NCBI GenBank assembly: GCA_018266375.1
Contig: JAFEAO010000001.1
Span: forward strand, 6,800 to 70,799
Length of the DNA stretch: 64,000 nt
Source: Bdellovibrionales bacterium
Lineage (GTDB): Bacteria > Bdellovibrionota > UBA1018 > CAIMNF01
Direction: 5' to 3'
Both the position numbers and the translations under genes were made by a program. The notes beneath the pieces are model-generated. The model was not told the DNA's origin. It made no database searches and saw nothing but the letters and a program-made list of their open reading frames with translations. Shown piece after piece: positions 1 through 8,380 of this stretch; the first letter of the stretch is position 1; each line of letters begins with the position of its first letter.

Positions 1-2
1 TC

Positions 3-341
3 GGCCGCGTACCTCGCCCGTGGATCGGCATCATCTCCCGTCAGGTGACGCCAACTCTCGCCTACTCTTACGGCCTCGGACGCGAAAGCGGAATCATCAT
101 CATCAATCTCGTGCAATCGGCCCCAGCCGATCGCTCGGAATTGCAAGTCGGCGATATCATCTATGAGATCGGCGGCAAAAAAATCATCGAGCAACAAGAA
201 GTCGAACGCGCGCTCGCCAAACTCAAACCCACCGACAATGTTGAAATCACCGTCCAGCGAGGCCGCAAAACCATTAAAAAACTCCTCAAACTCGAAGAAT
301 TCCCGCCGCAACTCAATCGCGTACGGGAAGGAGTCATCTAG
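3..341 (+). CDS. C-terminal PDZ-domain end of an HtrA/DegP-family periplasmic serine protease (5' partial, continues upstream of the window)
   Basis: The frame is open from base 3 to a stop at 339-341. Translation ...PRPWIGIISRQVTPTLAYSYGLGRESGIIIINLVQSAPADRSELQVGDIIYEIGGKKI... matches the PDZ signature (SPA..AGL..GDII..ING) of DegP/HtrA C-terminal domains. Confidence 0.55.
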   Translation, partial: GRVPRPWIGIISRQVTPTLAYSYGLGRESGIIIINLVQSAPADRSELQVGDIIYEIGGKKIIEQQEVERALAKLKPTDNVEITVQRGRKTIKKLLKLEEFPPQLNRVREGVI

Positions 342-447
342 TGCCTTGTTGTACCATTTTTTTCAATTTGTACGCAGGGCTTTTTCGTCCATTCAAGGAA
401 GGGCGACGAAGAACTACTAGAGGTAATTCAAGGAGGAGTGACGCGGA

Positions 448-507
448 ATGAACGAAAAAGAACCAGTAAAAATTGAAAAAAATGGTACAACAAGGCACTC
501 ACTATGA
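448..507 (+). CDS. 19-codon upstream ORF (MNEKEPVKIEKNGTTRHSL) with a perfect Shine-Dalgarno; its TGA stop overlaps the ATG of the 504..1157 gene
   Basis: AAGGAGGAG lies at 431-439, 8 nt before ATG 448. The stop TGA at 505-507 overlaps ATG 504-506 (ctATGAaa). Confidence 0.3.
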   Translation: MNEKEPVKIEKNGTTRHSL

Positions 508-1157
508 AAAAATGGGACAAACGCCTTAAACCCACTCAAGCATCGAATTCGAAGAGCTCGCCCCTTCCTCACGATTACCTGAAACTCGTGGAGCAAACCC
601 TCACTCAAGCACTGGAGAAAGGCTTGACTGAGATTAAAAAAATACATCCCATATCGGAATTCTCCGCCGACGGAGCGCTCTTTGGTGATGAAGTGATCAT
701 TGCGATCACTCTCTCGCACGGACCGAACTCGGTTGCTGCCACCACGGTTTACGCCAGCGCGGATTACAATCCAAACGCCGAGCTTCCGGGCTTGGAAGCC
801 ACGCTCAGCTCATGCGTGGAGTCCGCGGGTTCCGTTTTTGATTTCTATTTGGATGTAGAGAATCCGGAGAAAGTCGCGCAAATCGCCAACCAATCTCTGG
901 GCGCTCTCGAAGAAGCCCCTTTCGAGTGGACTAAATCCACTCTTCCGGAAGGCGTGCAGGCTTGGGTCAAAATCGACAAAACCAATCCGAAACTCGAAGA
1001 AGCCGCCGACGATTGGCTCGCGAAGAACGACCCTAACTATAAAGAGCGTGATAAAAAAGACGACGATGACTCGGAAGACTTCTTAAGCGACCGCTTGGAT
1101 GCGATCAAAAAAGCCAAGAGCGGGTCAGGCGGCGATAGCGGCCCAATCCGACATTAA
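504..1157 (+). CDS. Hypothetical acidic protein (217 aa) with no signal peptide and a D/E-rich C-terminus
   Basis: Long ORF with coding-like composition and no recognisable family motif. The start is probably reached by translational coupling from the upstream small ORF, because no SD of its own is visible. Confidence 0.45.
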   Translation: MKKWDKRLKPTQASNSKSSPLPHDYLKLVEQTLTQALEKGLTEIKKIHPISEFSADGALFGDEVIIAITLSHGPNSVAATTVYASADYNPNAELPGLEATLSSCVESAGSVFDFYLDVENPEKVAQIANQSLGALEEAPFEWTKSTLPEGVQAWVKIDKTNPKLEEAADDWLAKNDPNYKERDKKDDDDSEDFLSDRLDAIKKAKSGSGGDSGPIRH

Positions 1158-1160
1158 CAA

Positions 1161-1251
1161 GGTAACGGGTTCCTTTTGGTTGAGGTTTGCGTCATCCTTC
1201 GTGTGTTGAAGATCGAATGACGCAAATCTCAACCAAAAGGAACCCGTTACC
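1161..1251. repeat. 91-nt perfect hairpin: 35-nt arms (one G·U position) and a 21-nt loop, filling the convergent intergenic gap
   Basis: Left arm ggtaacgggttccttttggttgaggtttgcgtcat (1161-1195). Right arm atgacgcaaatctcaaccaaaaggaacccgttacc (1217-1251) is its reverse complement except one G/A position. Stop codons of the flanking convergent genes lie at 1155-1157 and 1253-1255. Confidence 0.85.
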
Positions 1252-1252
1252 T

Positions 1253-2116
1253 CTATTGGAACTGGCCTGTAGCCAAATGATAACGAGTCAGCTGGCCATG
1301 CACGTCCTGGTGAACGACGACCGAGTTAATCACCTTCACGGTGCCCGCGACTCCGATAAATTTTTCGGTGACCTTATTTCGGGTGGCGTCGAATACGACG
1401 AAGTAATTTCCCATCGAAGCGGCGATAACATCTTTACCACGCACTAAGGTGTCCATATCGTTTCGAGCACCTTCATACTTGCTCACGATTTCTCCGTTGG
1501 CGTAACCCACAAAGTAATTTCCGATCAAGGCGCCGGCGATGCTTTCACCCGCAACCACTTTATTGGCATCGCTTGCAACAATGTACTTGGTCTTGATTTC
1601 CTTACCGTCGGTCACGACAAAGTAAGAGCCCATCACCGCGGCAGCCAAGGTTTTCGATGACGTGAGAATCGGCTTATCTTCCCAGCTTCCGATGTATTGA
1701 GTAGTGAGCTTCGAACCGCGAACGGTCACGAAATATCCACCCGCGATGCCCGCAATCAAGTCCTCACTCACCGTGAGCAAGCGCTTCGACATCGGGCCGA
1801 TAAACTTGCTTTCAATCGCGCCCCGATGGAAATACATGAAGTAAGAACCCGCCAGTGCCGCAGCGGATTTCTCGCTGCATTCCACTGCGACTTCATTCGA
1901 TGAAGCTGTTTGGCCGATGTATTTTTCCCACTTTCCTACTCCGTCGGTAACGCGGAAATATCCGTCGGTGTAGTTACAAATCAGCTTGTCGCCGACTTTT
2001 ATCCGCTTGGTTTTAGTTTTGGTACGAGTGATTGCGGTCGTGGTGACCGGAGAAGCTTGAACTCCGGCGGCCGCCATCGCTCCCGCGACTAGGACGAGAG
2101 ACCCAAACTTTTTCAT
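1253..2116 (-). CDS. Secreted repeat protein (287 aa): signal peptide plus about seven repeats of roughly 35-40 aa with core G(S/N)YF-V-x-x-G-x-x-x-x-KYIG
   Basis: N-terminal MKKFGSLVLVAGAMAAAGVQA signal peptide and AAGGA RBS 9 nt upstream of the ATG at 2114-2116. Motifs GSYFMYF, GGYFVTVRG, GSYFVVTDG, GNYFVGYANG and GNYFVVFDA recur periodically. Confidence 0.6.
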   Translation of the reverse strand: MKKFGSLVLVAGAMAAAGVQASPVTTTAITRTKTKTKRIKVGDKLICNYTDGYFRVTDGVGKWEKYIGQTASSNEVAVECSEKSAAALAGSYFMYFHRGAIESKFIGPMSKRLLTVSEDLIAGIAGGYFVTVRGSKLTTQYIGSWEDKPILTSSKTLAAAVMGSYFVVTDGKEIKTKYIVASDANKVVAGESIAGALIGNYFVGYANGEIVSKYEGARNDMDTLVRGKDVIAASMGNYFVVFDATRNKVTEKFIGVAGTVKVINSVVVHQDVHGQLTRYHLATGQFQ

Positions 2117-2119
2117 GGT

Positions 2120-2593
2120 TTAGTATCCTTTGACGTAGCGGTCGCACACCATGTTTTCAGAGGTGACCGAGCCATTTTCTTTAATGTACTTCGCGAGCGC
2201 CGTAAATTTTTCGTTCGGAGACGATGGGGCGTTGTACTGATAGCTAAAGTTGACGGCGAGTTTAATCGTTTTCAGGTAACCGAGTTTGGTACCTGCGATG
2301 TTCTCACCGGTACGACCGACCGAAGTAAAACGGCTGTCGACGTCCGCGGTGTAAACCGTGCTTGAAGAAGTGAGTAGACCTTGAACTTTTTTGAAGGTGG
2401 CGATGGTTTTATTGCGTCCCTTCAGCTTTGGATCGGATGCAATCAAGATCGCAGCGACACGGGTGCCGAGCTTGGGCTGGGTGTTGTTGTAGACCACGAG
2501 CCTTTGTTTGTAGATCAAACCCTCGCAGCGAAAACCGTCCGCGAATGATGTCTGACCAACCCACACGGCTACGAACACAACAAATGCCTTCAT
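2120..2593 (-). CDS. Small secreted hypothetical protein (158 aa), co-transcribed with the downstream repeat protein
   Basis: Internal ATG at 2591-2593 is preceded by GGAGAG and gives MKAFVVFVAVWVGQTSFA (a signal peptide). Its stop lies 3 nt before the start of the 1253..2116 gene. Confidence 0.55.
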   Translation of the reverse strand: MKAFVVFVAVWVGQTSFADGFRCEGLIYKQRLVVYNNTQPKLGTRVAAILIASDPKLKGRNKTIATFKKVQGLLTSSSTVYTADVDSRFTSVGRTGENIAGTKLGYLKTIKLAVNFSYQYNAPSSPNEKFTALAKYIKENGSVTSENMVCDRYVKGY

Positions 2594-2776
2594 CAATCTC
2601 TCCTTTGCAGCCCTCGCTTGGGCCAGAAACTTTTGATGACGCGGAATTAGCATGCGCAGCAACATATATCCAAAAGTTCGACGACGTTACGGAGAAGTTA
2701 AAACAGAGTCGCAATTATTGCCGTAAAATTAACGATTTGAAGAGAAATTAAAAAAAGGCAAATTTACCGCAACGCG

Positions 2777-3565
2777 TTAAAAATCGCCCTCGTCGCCGTC
2801 TTCTGAACCCTTACCACCGATGGATCCAATAAGGGAATCGATCGAATCACCGTCGTAATCCAAATCGTCGATTGACTCATCGAGCTCGAGATCATGAATG
2901 ATCTTCGTGAAGTTTACTTCGGTTGAAAGATCCTGGCGGATAATGTCGATGTATTTATCCGGGTATTTGCTCACCAACTCTTCGATGTACTGGTTGAGCT
3001 TCCCTTCTTTCAGGATCATTTCCTTACGCTTAATCTTTTTCCAATTCTTGATGTAATCAAGACGGCAGTAACCCTTGGTCGTCGCGATGTTTTCGCAGCC
3101 GGCTTCGCGACAAAGCTTCTCACCGGCGGCTTCAGCGGCGCGGATCGCAGCAGCAGACTTTTCTTTGGGTTTGTCAGCAGCGAGTTTTTTAGGTATTTTC
3201 GCGGCTTTGCCTTGTACAAGCGCGACGACCTCTTTCTCGCCTTTGCCTGCTTTACCCTTTTTGCCGGCGGCGACTTTACTCTCAGCAGACGCTGATACAA
3301 CGGCTTTCGTTGCTGTCTTCGTTGTTGCCGCTTTCGTTACCGACGCTTTCGCCGCGCCTTTTGCGACCTTGGTCGGCTTCGTGACTTTTTCAACCTTTGC
3401 TAGCTTAGTGGCTGAAGGGGCCGGCTTCTTCGTCAGCGCCTTTTTAGCAGCTTTCGGAGCCATGGCTTTTGCCAGAGTCTTTTTCAAGGTTTTTACAAGA
3501 CGGGCCATCGGCTTTTTGCCTCGGACGCTCTTGTTTTGACTCGGCTTTTTAGGGGATTTTTTCAT
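2777..3565 (-). CDS. Histone H1-like Lys/Ala-rich DNA-binding protein with a Cys-containing central region and an acidic D/E/G-rich C-terminal tail
   Basis: N-terminal ~170 aa are KA-rich low-complexity (AKKALTKKPAPSATKLAKVEKVTKPTKVAKGAAKA...) like the histone H1 C-terminal tail and bacterial Hc1-type proteins. This is followed by ...CREAGCENIATTKGYCRLDYIKNWKKIKRKE... and a DDLDYDGDSIDSL...EDGDEGDF tail. The start is ambiguous (TTG 3616, ATG 3565 or ATG 3508). Confidence 0.55.
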   Translation of the reverse strand: MKKSPKKPSQNKSVRGKKPMARLVKTLKKTLAKAMAPKAAKKALTKKPAPSATKLAKVEKVTKPTKVAKGAAKASVTKAATTKTATKAVVSASAESKVAAGKKGKAGKGEKEVVALVQGKAAKIPKKLAADKPKEKSAAAIRAAEAAGEKLCREAGCENIATTKGYCRLDYIKNWKKIKRKEMILKEGKLNQYIEELVSKYPDKYIDIIRQDLSTEVNFTKIIHDLELDESIDDLDYDGDSIDSLIGSIGGKGSEDGDEGDF

Positions 3566-3670
3566 TTCTATTTTGGTGCCCGAAACATCATTCAGCGTCA
3601 AGCTTTTTCTTGACAACCGTACGTTTTTAGTCGATTTTAAACGTTCACAATTTTTTGAAAGGTAACGACC

Positions 3671-3874
3671 ATGGCAGTCCCTAAGAAAAAAGCATCACGC
3701 AGCCGCCGCGATATGCGCCGCTATTCAGCAGCTTACGAGCTCGATCCGATTTCTGCGACCACTTGCAAATTTACTCAGACCCAGGTCCGCGCGCACACGA
3801 TTTCAATGAAGGCGCTTAAGGACGGCTCATACGAAGCTGGTAAAAAAACCACTTCTAAATCAGCAGCTCGTTAA
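3671..3874 (+). CDS. rpmF: 50S ribosomal protein L32
   Basis: MAVPKKKASRSRRDMRR... is the canonical L32 N-terminus. It sits at the classic position upstream of the fab genes. Confidence 0.85.
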   Translation: MAVPKKKASRSRRDMRRYSAAYELDPISATTCKFTQTQVRAHTISMKALKDGSYEAGKKTTSKSAAR

Positions 3875-3887
3875 GTATTAGCTCTGC

Positions 3888-4901
3888 ATGAAGGCAGGCT
3901 TTTTTCCAGGTCAGGGCTCTCAAAGTGTCGGGATGGGTAAACTCTTCTACGACGAATTCACGGTCTTCCGTCAAACGATCGAAGAAGCTTCAGATACGCT
4001 TGGCTTTAACTTCAAAAAACTTCTATTCGAAGGACCGGACGGCGATCTCACTTTAACCGAGAACGCTCAACCGGCAATCCTCGCTGTCTCCACCGGATGC
4101 TTCCGCGTGGCGGAAGCCGAAATCGGAATGAAGACCGACGTCAATCTCGGACATTCACTCGGCGAGTATTCGGCGCTCGTGGCATGCGATGCGATCGATT
4201 TCTCGAATGCGATTGCATGGGTTCGCGAACGCGGACTTGCGATGCAAAAAGCGGTGCCGATCGGCGAAGGCACTATGAGCGCGATCTTGGGAGGAGAGGA
4301 CGCCCAGATCGAAACCTGGTGTAAAGAAGCGACCGCTCTGGCTAAATCCGCGCGCGCAGATGGCGCAAAAACTGCGACCGGTGGCGAGTGGTCGGTCACT
4401 TGTTCGGTGGAACCCGCCAACTACAATGCTCAAGGGCAGATCGTCGTCTCGGGTTCGATCGATGCGGTCGCTGCACTCGAAACCCTGATTACCAACTTGA
4501 AAATCCGCGGCGTGATGGCCAAACGCCTCAATGTCAGCGCTCCTTTCCACAGCTCCTTGATGAAACCGGCGCGCGACAAGATGGAATCGATTTTCGCAAC
4601 AGCCACAAAGCCCACCATCCTCGCCACTCCTTACATTCCAAACCGAACCGCCAACATCACTCACGAGCCGGGAGTGATCCATCCCCTGCTCTCAGAACAG
4701 GTCGATCATTCGGTGTTGTGGAAACAAAGCGTGGAAACACTTCTCCAAAGCGGCTGTAAAAAAGCTTTTGAATTCGGCCCAGGCAAAGTCCTGCAAGGTC
4801 TCGCTAAGCGCATCGCTAAAACCGCAGGCGCTGAATTCGAAACCTACCCGATCTACGATCTTGAATCCTTAAAACTCGCCGAGGGAGCGCTAAAATCATG
4901 A
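3888..4901 (+). CDS. fabD: Malonyl-CoA:ACP transacylase
   Basis: GHSLGEYSAL active-site motif and the FAPFHSSLM region. It is about 25 aa longer than E. coli FabD, from an insert around residues 150-175. Confidence 0.9.
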   Translation: MKAGFFPGQGSQSVGMGKLFYDEFTVFRQTIEEASDTLGFNFKKLLFEGPDGDLTLTENAQPAILAVSTGCFRVAEAEIGMKTDVNLGHSLGEYSALVACDAIDFSNAIAWVRERGLAMQKAVPIGEGTMSAILGGEDAQIETWCKEATALAKSARADGAKTATGGEWSVTCSVEPANYNAQGQIVVSGSIDAVAALETLITNLKIRGVMAKRLNVSAPFHSSLMKPARDKMESIFATATKPTILATPYIPNRTANITHEPGVIHPLLSEQVDHSVLWKQSVETLLQSGCKKAFEFGPGKVLQGLAKRIAKTAGAEFETYPIYDLESLKLAEGALKS

Positions 4902-5647
4902 GTCAGTCTGGAACCGTCCGTCCCATCGCACTTGTCACCGGTGCTTCGCGCGGAATCGGCGCAGGTATTGCCCAAAAACTCGGCACGCTCGGATTCCACG
5001 TGATGGTCAATTACGTTTCGAACGAAGCGAAGGCACAAGAAGTGTGCGCCGCCATTACCGCAGCCGGAGGTTCAGCGGAGCCAATGCGTTTTGATGTCTC
5101 GAGCGAGGCGGAGATCGTGAGCGCGTTCGACACGCTCGCTAAGAAAGGCGCGCTCGAAGTTCTCGTCAATAACGCGGGCATCTCCGAAGACGGCCTGATT
5201 TTGCGCATGAAAAAAGAAACCTTGGATCGCACGCTCCAGACAAACTTGGTCAGCGCCGTAATCACCTCTCGCGAAGCCGCAAAACTCATGATGAGAGCGC
5301 GCAGGGGCTCGATCATCAATATCACGTCGGTAGTCGGCGAAATGGGGAACGCTGGACAAGTGGCGTACGCCGCCGCGAAGGCCGGCCTCCATGGCTTAAC
5401 CAAATCCCTTGCTAAAGAACTCGCTTCTCGCTCGATTCGGGTGAATGCGGTTGCCCCCGGATACATTGAGACCGACATGACGGGCGCTCTAACCGACGTA
5501 CAAAAAAAATCCATCACTGACAATATTCCTCTGGGCTCTTTGGGTACACCCCAAGATGTGGCTGAAATTGTTGGTTTTTTGTCAACCAATGGATCCCGTT
5601 ATATCACCGGCCAAATCATTGGGGTGAACGGCGGCCTTTACATTTGA
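4898..5647 (+). CDS. fabG: 3-oxoacyl-ACP reductase (SDR family)
   Basis: TGASRGIG Rossmann motif and YAAAKAG catalytic motif, with NAGI. A 4-nt ATGA overlap with fabD. Confidence 0.9.
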   Translation: MSQSGTVRPIALVTGASRGIGAGIAQKLGTLGFHVMVNYVSNEAKAQEVCAAITAAGGSAEPMRFDVSSEAEIVSAFDTLAKKGALEVLVNNAGISEDGLILRMKKETLDRTLQTNLVSAVITSREAAKLMMRARRGSIINITSVVGEMGNAGQVAYAAAKAGLHGLTKSLAKELASRSIRVNAVAPGYIETDMTGALTDVQKKSITDNIPLGSLGTPQDVAEIVGFLSTNGSRYITGQIIGVNGGLYI

Positions 5648-5735
5648 GCGGTTCCGCATTACAAATACCGGATCGCCTAATTATTACATAAGGTTAAATA
5701 TTGCGCCGTTAGGCGTTCGTAAAAGGAGATCGCTC

Positions 5736-5984
5736 ATGTCAGCGAATACGGAAGAAAGAGTTCGTTCAATTATTTGTGATCAGCTTGCAGTTGAAGCGGA
5801 TAAAGTAAAACCAGCTGCATCCTTCATCGAAGATCTCGGTGCGGACAGCCTCGACATCGTCGAGCTCGTAATGACCATGGAAGAAGAGTTCGACATGGAC
5901 ATCCCTGATGAAGAAGCTGAAAAAATGAAGACCGTCGGCGACGTTATCAACTACATCAACGCTAAATCCAACGCTAACCACTAG
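5736..5984 (+). CDS. acpP: Acyl carrier protein
   Basis: [20 protein letters not shown] phosphopantetheine-attachment motif, 82 aa, with a good RBS (AAAAGGAG). Confidence 0.9.
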   Translation: MSANTEERVRSIICDQLAVEADKVKPAASFIEDLGADSLDIVELVMTMEEEFDMDIPDEEAEKMKTVGDVINYINAKSNANH

Positions 5985-6023
5985 TTTTTGAACCGCTAGG
6001 CATTGATCTAAATTTTTAAGAAA

Positions 6024-6055
6024 GCTCGGGAACAACCCCGGGCTTTTGTTGTTTT
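6024..6055 (+). terminator. Rho-independent terminator downstream of acpP
   Basis: gctcggg / aacaac / cccgggc stem-loop (7 bp with one G·U pair) followed by ttttgttgtttt. Confidence 0.6.
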
Positions 6056-6162
6056 ACGTCCTGCCGGATTACGTCTTATCCAAACTGCCTTAATATATGA
6101 AGTTTAAATAATTATATTAAATAAGTTTACAAATAACAATCAGCGCGGTATAACCCGTTGAG

Positions 6163-8028
6163 ATGAAAAAGAGCAATTCGAAAAATTGGGTATTGGGACT
6201 TTCAACGATTGCGGCGATGACAACGGCCATCGCGGGCCTCACCGGGTGCGATCCGGTACCGCGCCGGACGCTTTCCACGGATGAAAAAATCGCCGACATG
6301 TACTGGATCTATTCCCAGTTCGGCGAGAACTACGCACCGCTCGAATTCAAGCAGGACCGCTACAAGTTCAGCTACGACGAACTCAAGAACAAGTATCTCG
6401 AAGACGCGAAAAAAACGACAACCAACGACGAGTTCTACGCTCTCATGATGAAGTTCGTCGCGGAGTTCAAAGATGCACACACTTCGCCGGCTCTCACGAA
6501 CGCCTCGCTCCCGGATCGCGCAAAAGTCGCGTTTCTCGGATTCAACGGCATCCGTAACGAAGACAACTTGCTAGTGAAGAGCCTTCTTCCGACGATCGCC
6601 TCTGACTCCAATTACCCGATCAAAATCGGCGATAAGATCACCGAGATCAATGGCAAGTCACTCAAAGACGCAGTCGACTCCGAGCTGATTCAGTACCGCA
6701 ACTTGGGTTTCGATCAAGCCAACTACACCTATCATTTCAACAAACTCTTTAACCGCGTTTCGACGACGAACGGTCTTCCAAAAGAAACCGAAGTCACGCT
6801 CACGATCGTACGAGAAGGTAAAAAACGCACCGTGATCATGCCATGGGTCGTGAAAGACGTCGTTCAGTTCCAGAAAGAACAAGAAGACGCGACCGCGAAA
6901 AAGAAGACGGCGCCGGCTACGGATCAGGACGATAGGGCGAAGAGCGAAAACTACTTGATGGTTTCTGACGATCAAAAGGCGACCCTCATGAAGTTTAATT
7001 TCTTCGGCTTTGACGGTCGCATGGAAATGCCTTACGACATGGCCAAGAAAATCACCTCTGGTTTTATCAAGAAAATGACCGACACTTTCGTGTTCGTTGA
7101 TTCTTTCGCCGAGTGGCAGGCCGCGGATGCAGCAATACCGGCCGCCCCGAAAGAAGGCCTGGATAAAATCGCCGAAAACCGCAAAGTAATGGATGACGCA
7201 ATATACATCGCGGGATCGAAAACGTTCCCATCTTACGTCGCTCCGGCAACCGTCGTCGACAAGGACGGCAAAGCGACGCAGGAAAAGAAACTCGTCGGTT
7301 ACGTTTACCTCGATACGTTCTCTCCGGATGGAACGACCGAAGCAGTTGTAAAAGAATTTAAAGCGACACTCGCGGCGTTCAAAAACTTAGGCGTTCGCGA
7401 CATCATCATCGACACCATCAACAACGGTGGCGGATCTTTGGAACTCGGCATGCAACTCGCGCAAGCGCTTAGCCCGACCAAGATCGATCAACCGATGATG
7501 CAGTTCCGCTTGAGCGATACTTGGCTCGATGAATTCGACACCAATGCCCGCACTGGCAACGACGAAGCCACTAAAGAATACTCTCGTCGTATGCTCGTCG
7601 AGCTCACCGCCCAAAAGCAAGGCGGCCAGCGCTTGTCTAAGCCTTACTCGGCCGAGACCCTCTATCGCTACCAAATCGAGGCCAACACCGACATCGACAA
7701 CGCATTCCGCGTAAAACTCCTCACGAACGAAATGTGCGCATCGATGTGCGATATGTTCGCCGGCATCATTCAAGATAACAAACTCGGTCAAATCGTCGGT
7801 ACACGCACGATGGGCGCTGGCGGTAACGTCGTCAACCATCAGCAGGCTCCGAACAGCCACATCGACGTCCGCCAGACGGAATCCCTCATGGTTCGCAAAG
7901 ACGGGACTTACGTCGAGAACAACGGCGTAAACGCGGATGTCGCGATCGAAGTCGTTAAATATGCAAAAAACAAATACGACGCCGTCATCGACAAAGCGGT
8001 CGAGTTGATCGTCAAGAAAACGGAGTAG
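6163..8028 (+). CDS. S41-family (C-terminal processing / tail-specific-like) peptidase lipoprotein, 621 aa
   Basis: Lipobox LTGC after MKKSNSKNWVLGLSTIAAMTTAIAG. IIIDTINNGGGSLELG resembles the S41 'DLRNNxGG' motif, and a downstream CDMFAGIIQD...GTRTMGAGG segment resembles the S41 Ser/Lys catalytic region. Assignment is by motif only. Confidence 0.5.
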   Translation: MKKSNSKNWVLGLSTIAAMTTAIAGLTGCDPVPRRTLSTDEKIADMYWIYSQFGENYAPLEFKQDRYKFSYDELKNKYLEDAKKTTTNDEFYALMMKFVAEFKDAHTSPALTNASLPDRAKVAFLGFNGIRNEDNLLVKSLLPTIASDSNYPIKIGDKITEINGKSLKDAVDSELIQYRNLGFDQANYTYHFNKLFNRVSTTNGLPKETEVTLTIVREGKKRTVIMPWVVKDVVQFQKEQEDATAKKKTAPATDQDDRAKSENYLMVSDDQKATLMKFNFFGFDGRMEMPYDMAKKITSGFIKKMTDTFVFVDSFAEWQAADAAIPAAPKEGLDKIAENRKVMDDAIYIAGSKTFPSYVAPATVVDKDGKATQEKKLVGYVYLDTFSPDGTTEAVVKEFKATLAAFKNLGVRDIIIDTINNGGGSLELGMQLAQALSPTKIDQPMMQFRLSDTWLDEFDTNARTGNDEATKEYSRRMLVELTAQKQGGQRLSKPYSAETLYRYQIEANTDIDNAFRVKLLTNEMCASMCDMFAGIIQDNKLGQIVGTRTMGAGGNVVNHQQAPNSHIDVRQTESLMVRKDGTYVENNGVNADVAIEVVKYAKNKYDAVIDKAVELIVKKTE

Positions 8029-8380
8029 CCCGCGAAACCGGGCAATTCCTTTCGTTTTAACGACGCTCGTAACTGAGCGGTGCGTCTCGTGAGAGTCGTA
8101 AGCAACACAGTCACGACCCAACTTTTGCATCCGTGCACGTCCCACACCACGGTTTTAAAATTCAGGCCAGATAAAAACGGAGTTCTCGACGGTACCAAAT
8201 GTCGTCACACCGCTTACAACGGCTTCGTCATAAATGTCGGTGATTCTCACAAGGTCCGATTCGGCCGCAGGTCGAATGATCATATACTTAGAGGATACGG
8301 CGAGATGACGCACGTCTTAACGCGAACGTCCTCCTGACGTTTTCGGTGACAATTTGGCCCATTCGAGGTCTAATACGGGC

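Noticed and set aside
4067-5589. Antisense and alternate-frame ORFs over fabD and fabG (4155..4682 -, 4430..4627 -, 5011..5589 -, 5072..5392 -)
   Set aside because: They overlap highly conserved fab genes and have no independent support.
7387-8145. 252-aa minus-strand ORF overlapping the 3' end of the S41 peptidase gene
   Set aside because: It is antisense to a gene with lipobox and peptidase motifs, has no signal or RBS, and its product is Asp/Val/Arg-rich junk.
8029-8353. Possible tRNA in the fabF upstream spacer (ggtcgaatga resembles a T-loop)
   Set aside because: No complementary T-stem, acceptor stem or anticodon arm could be built by hand on either strand.
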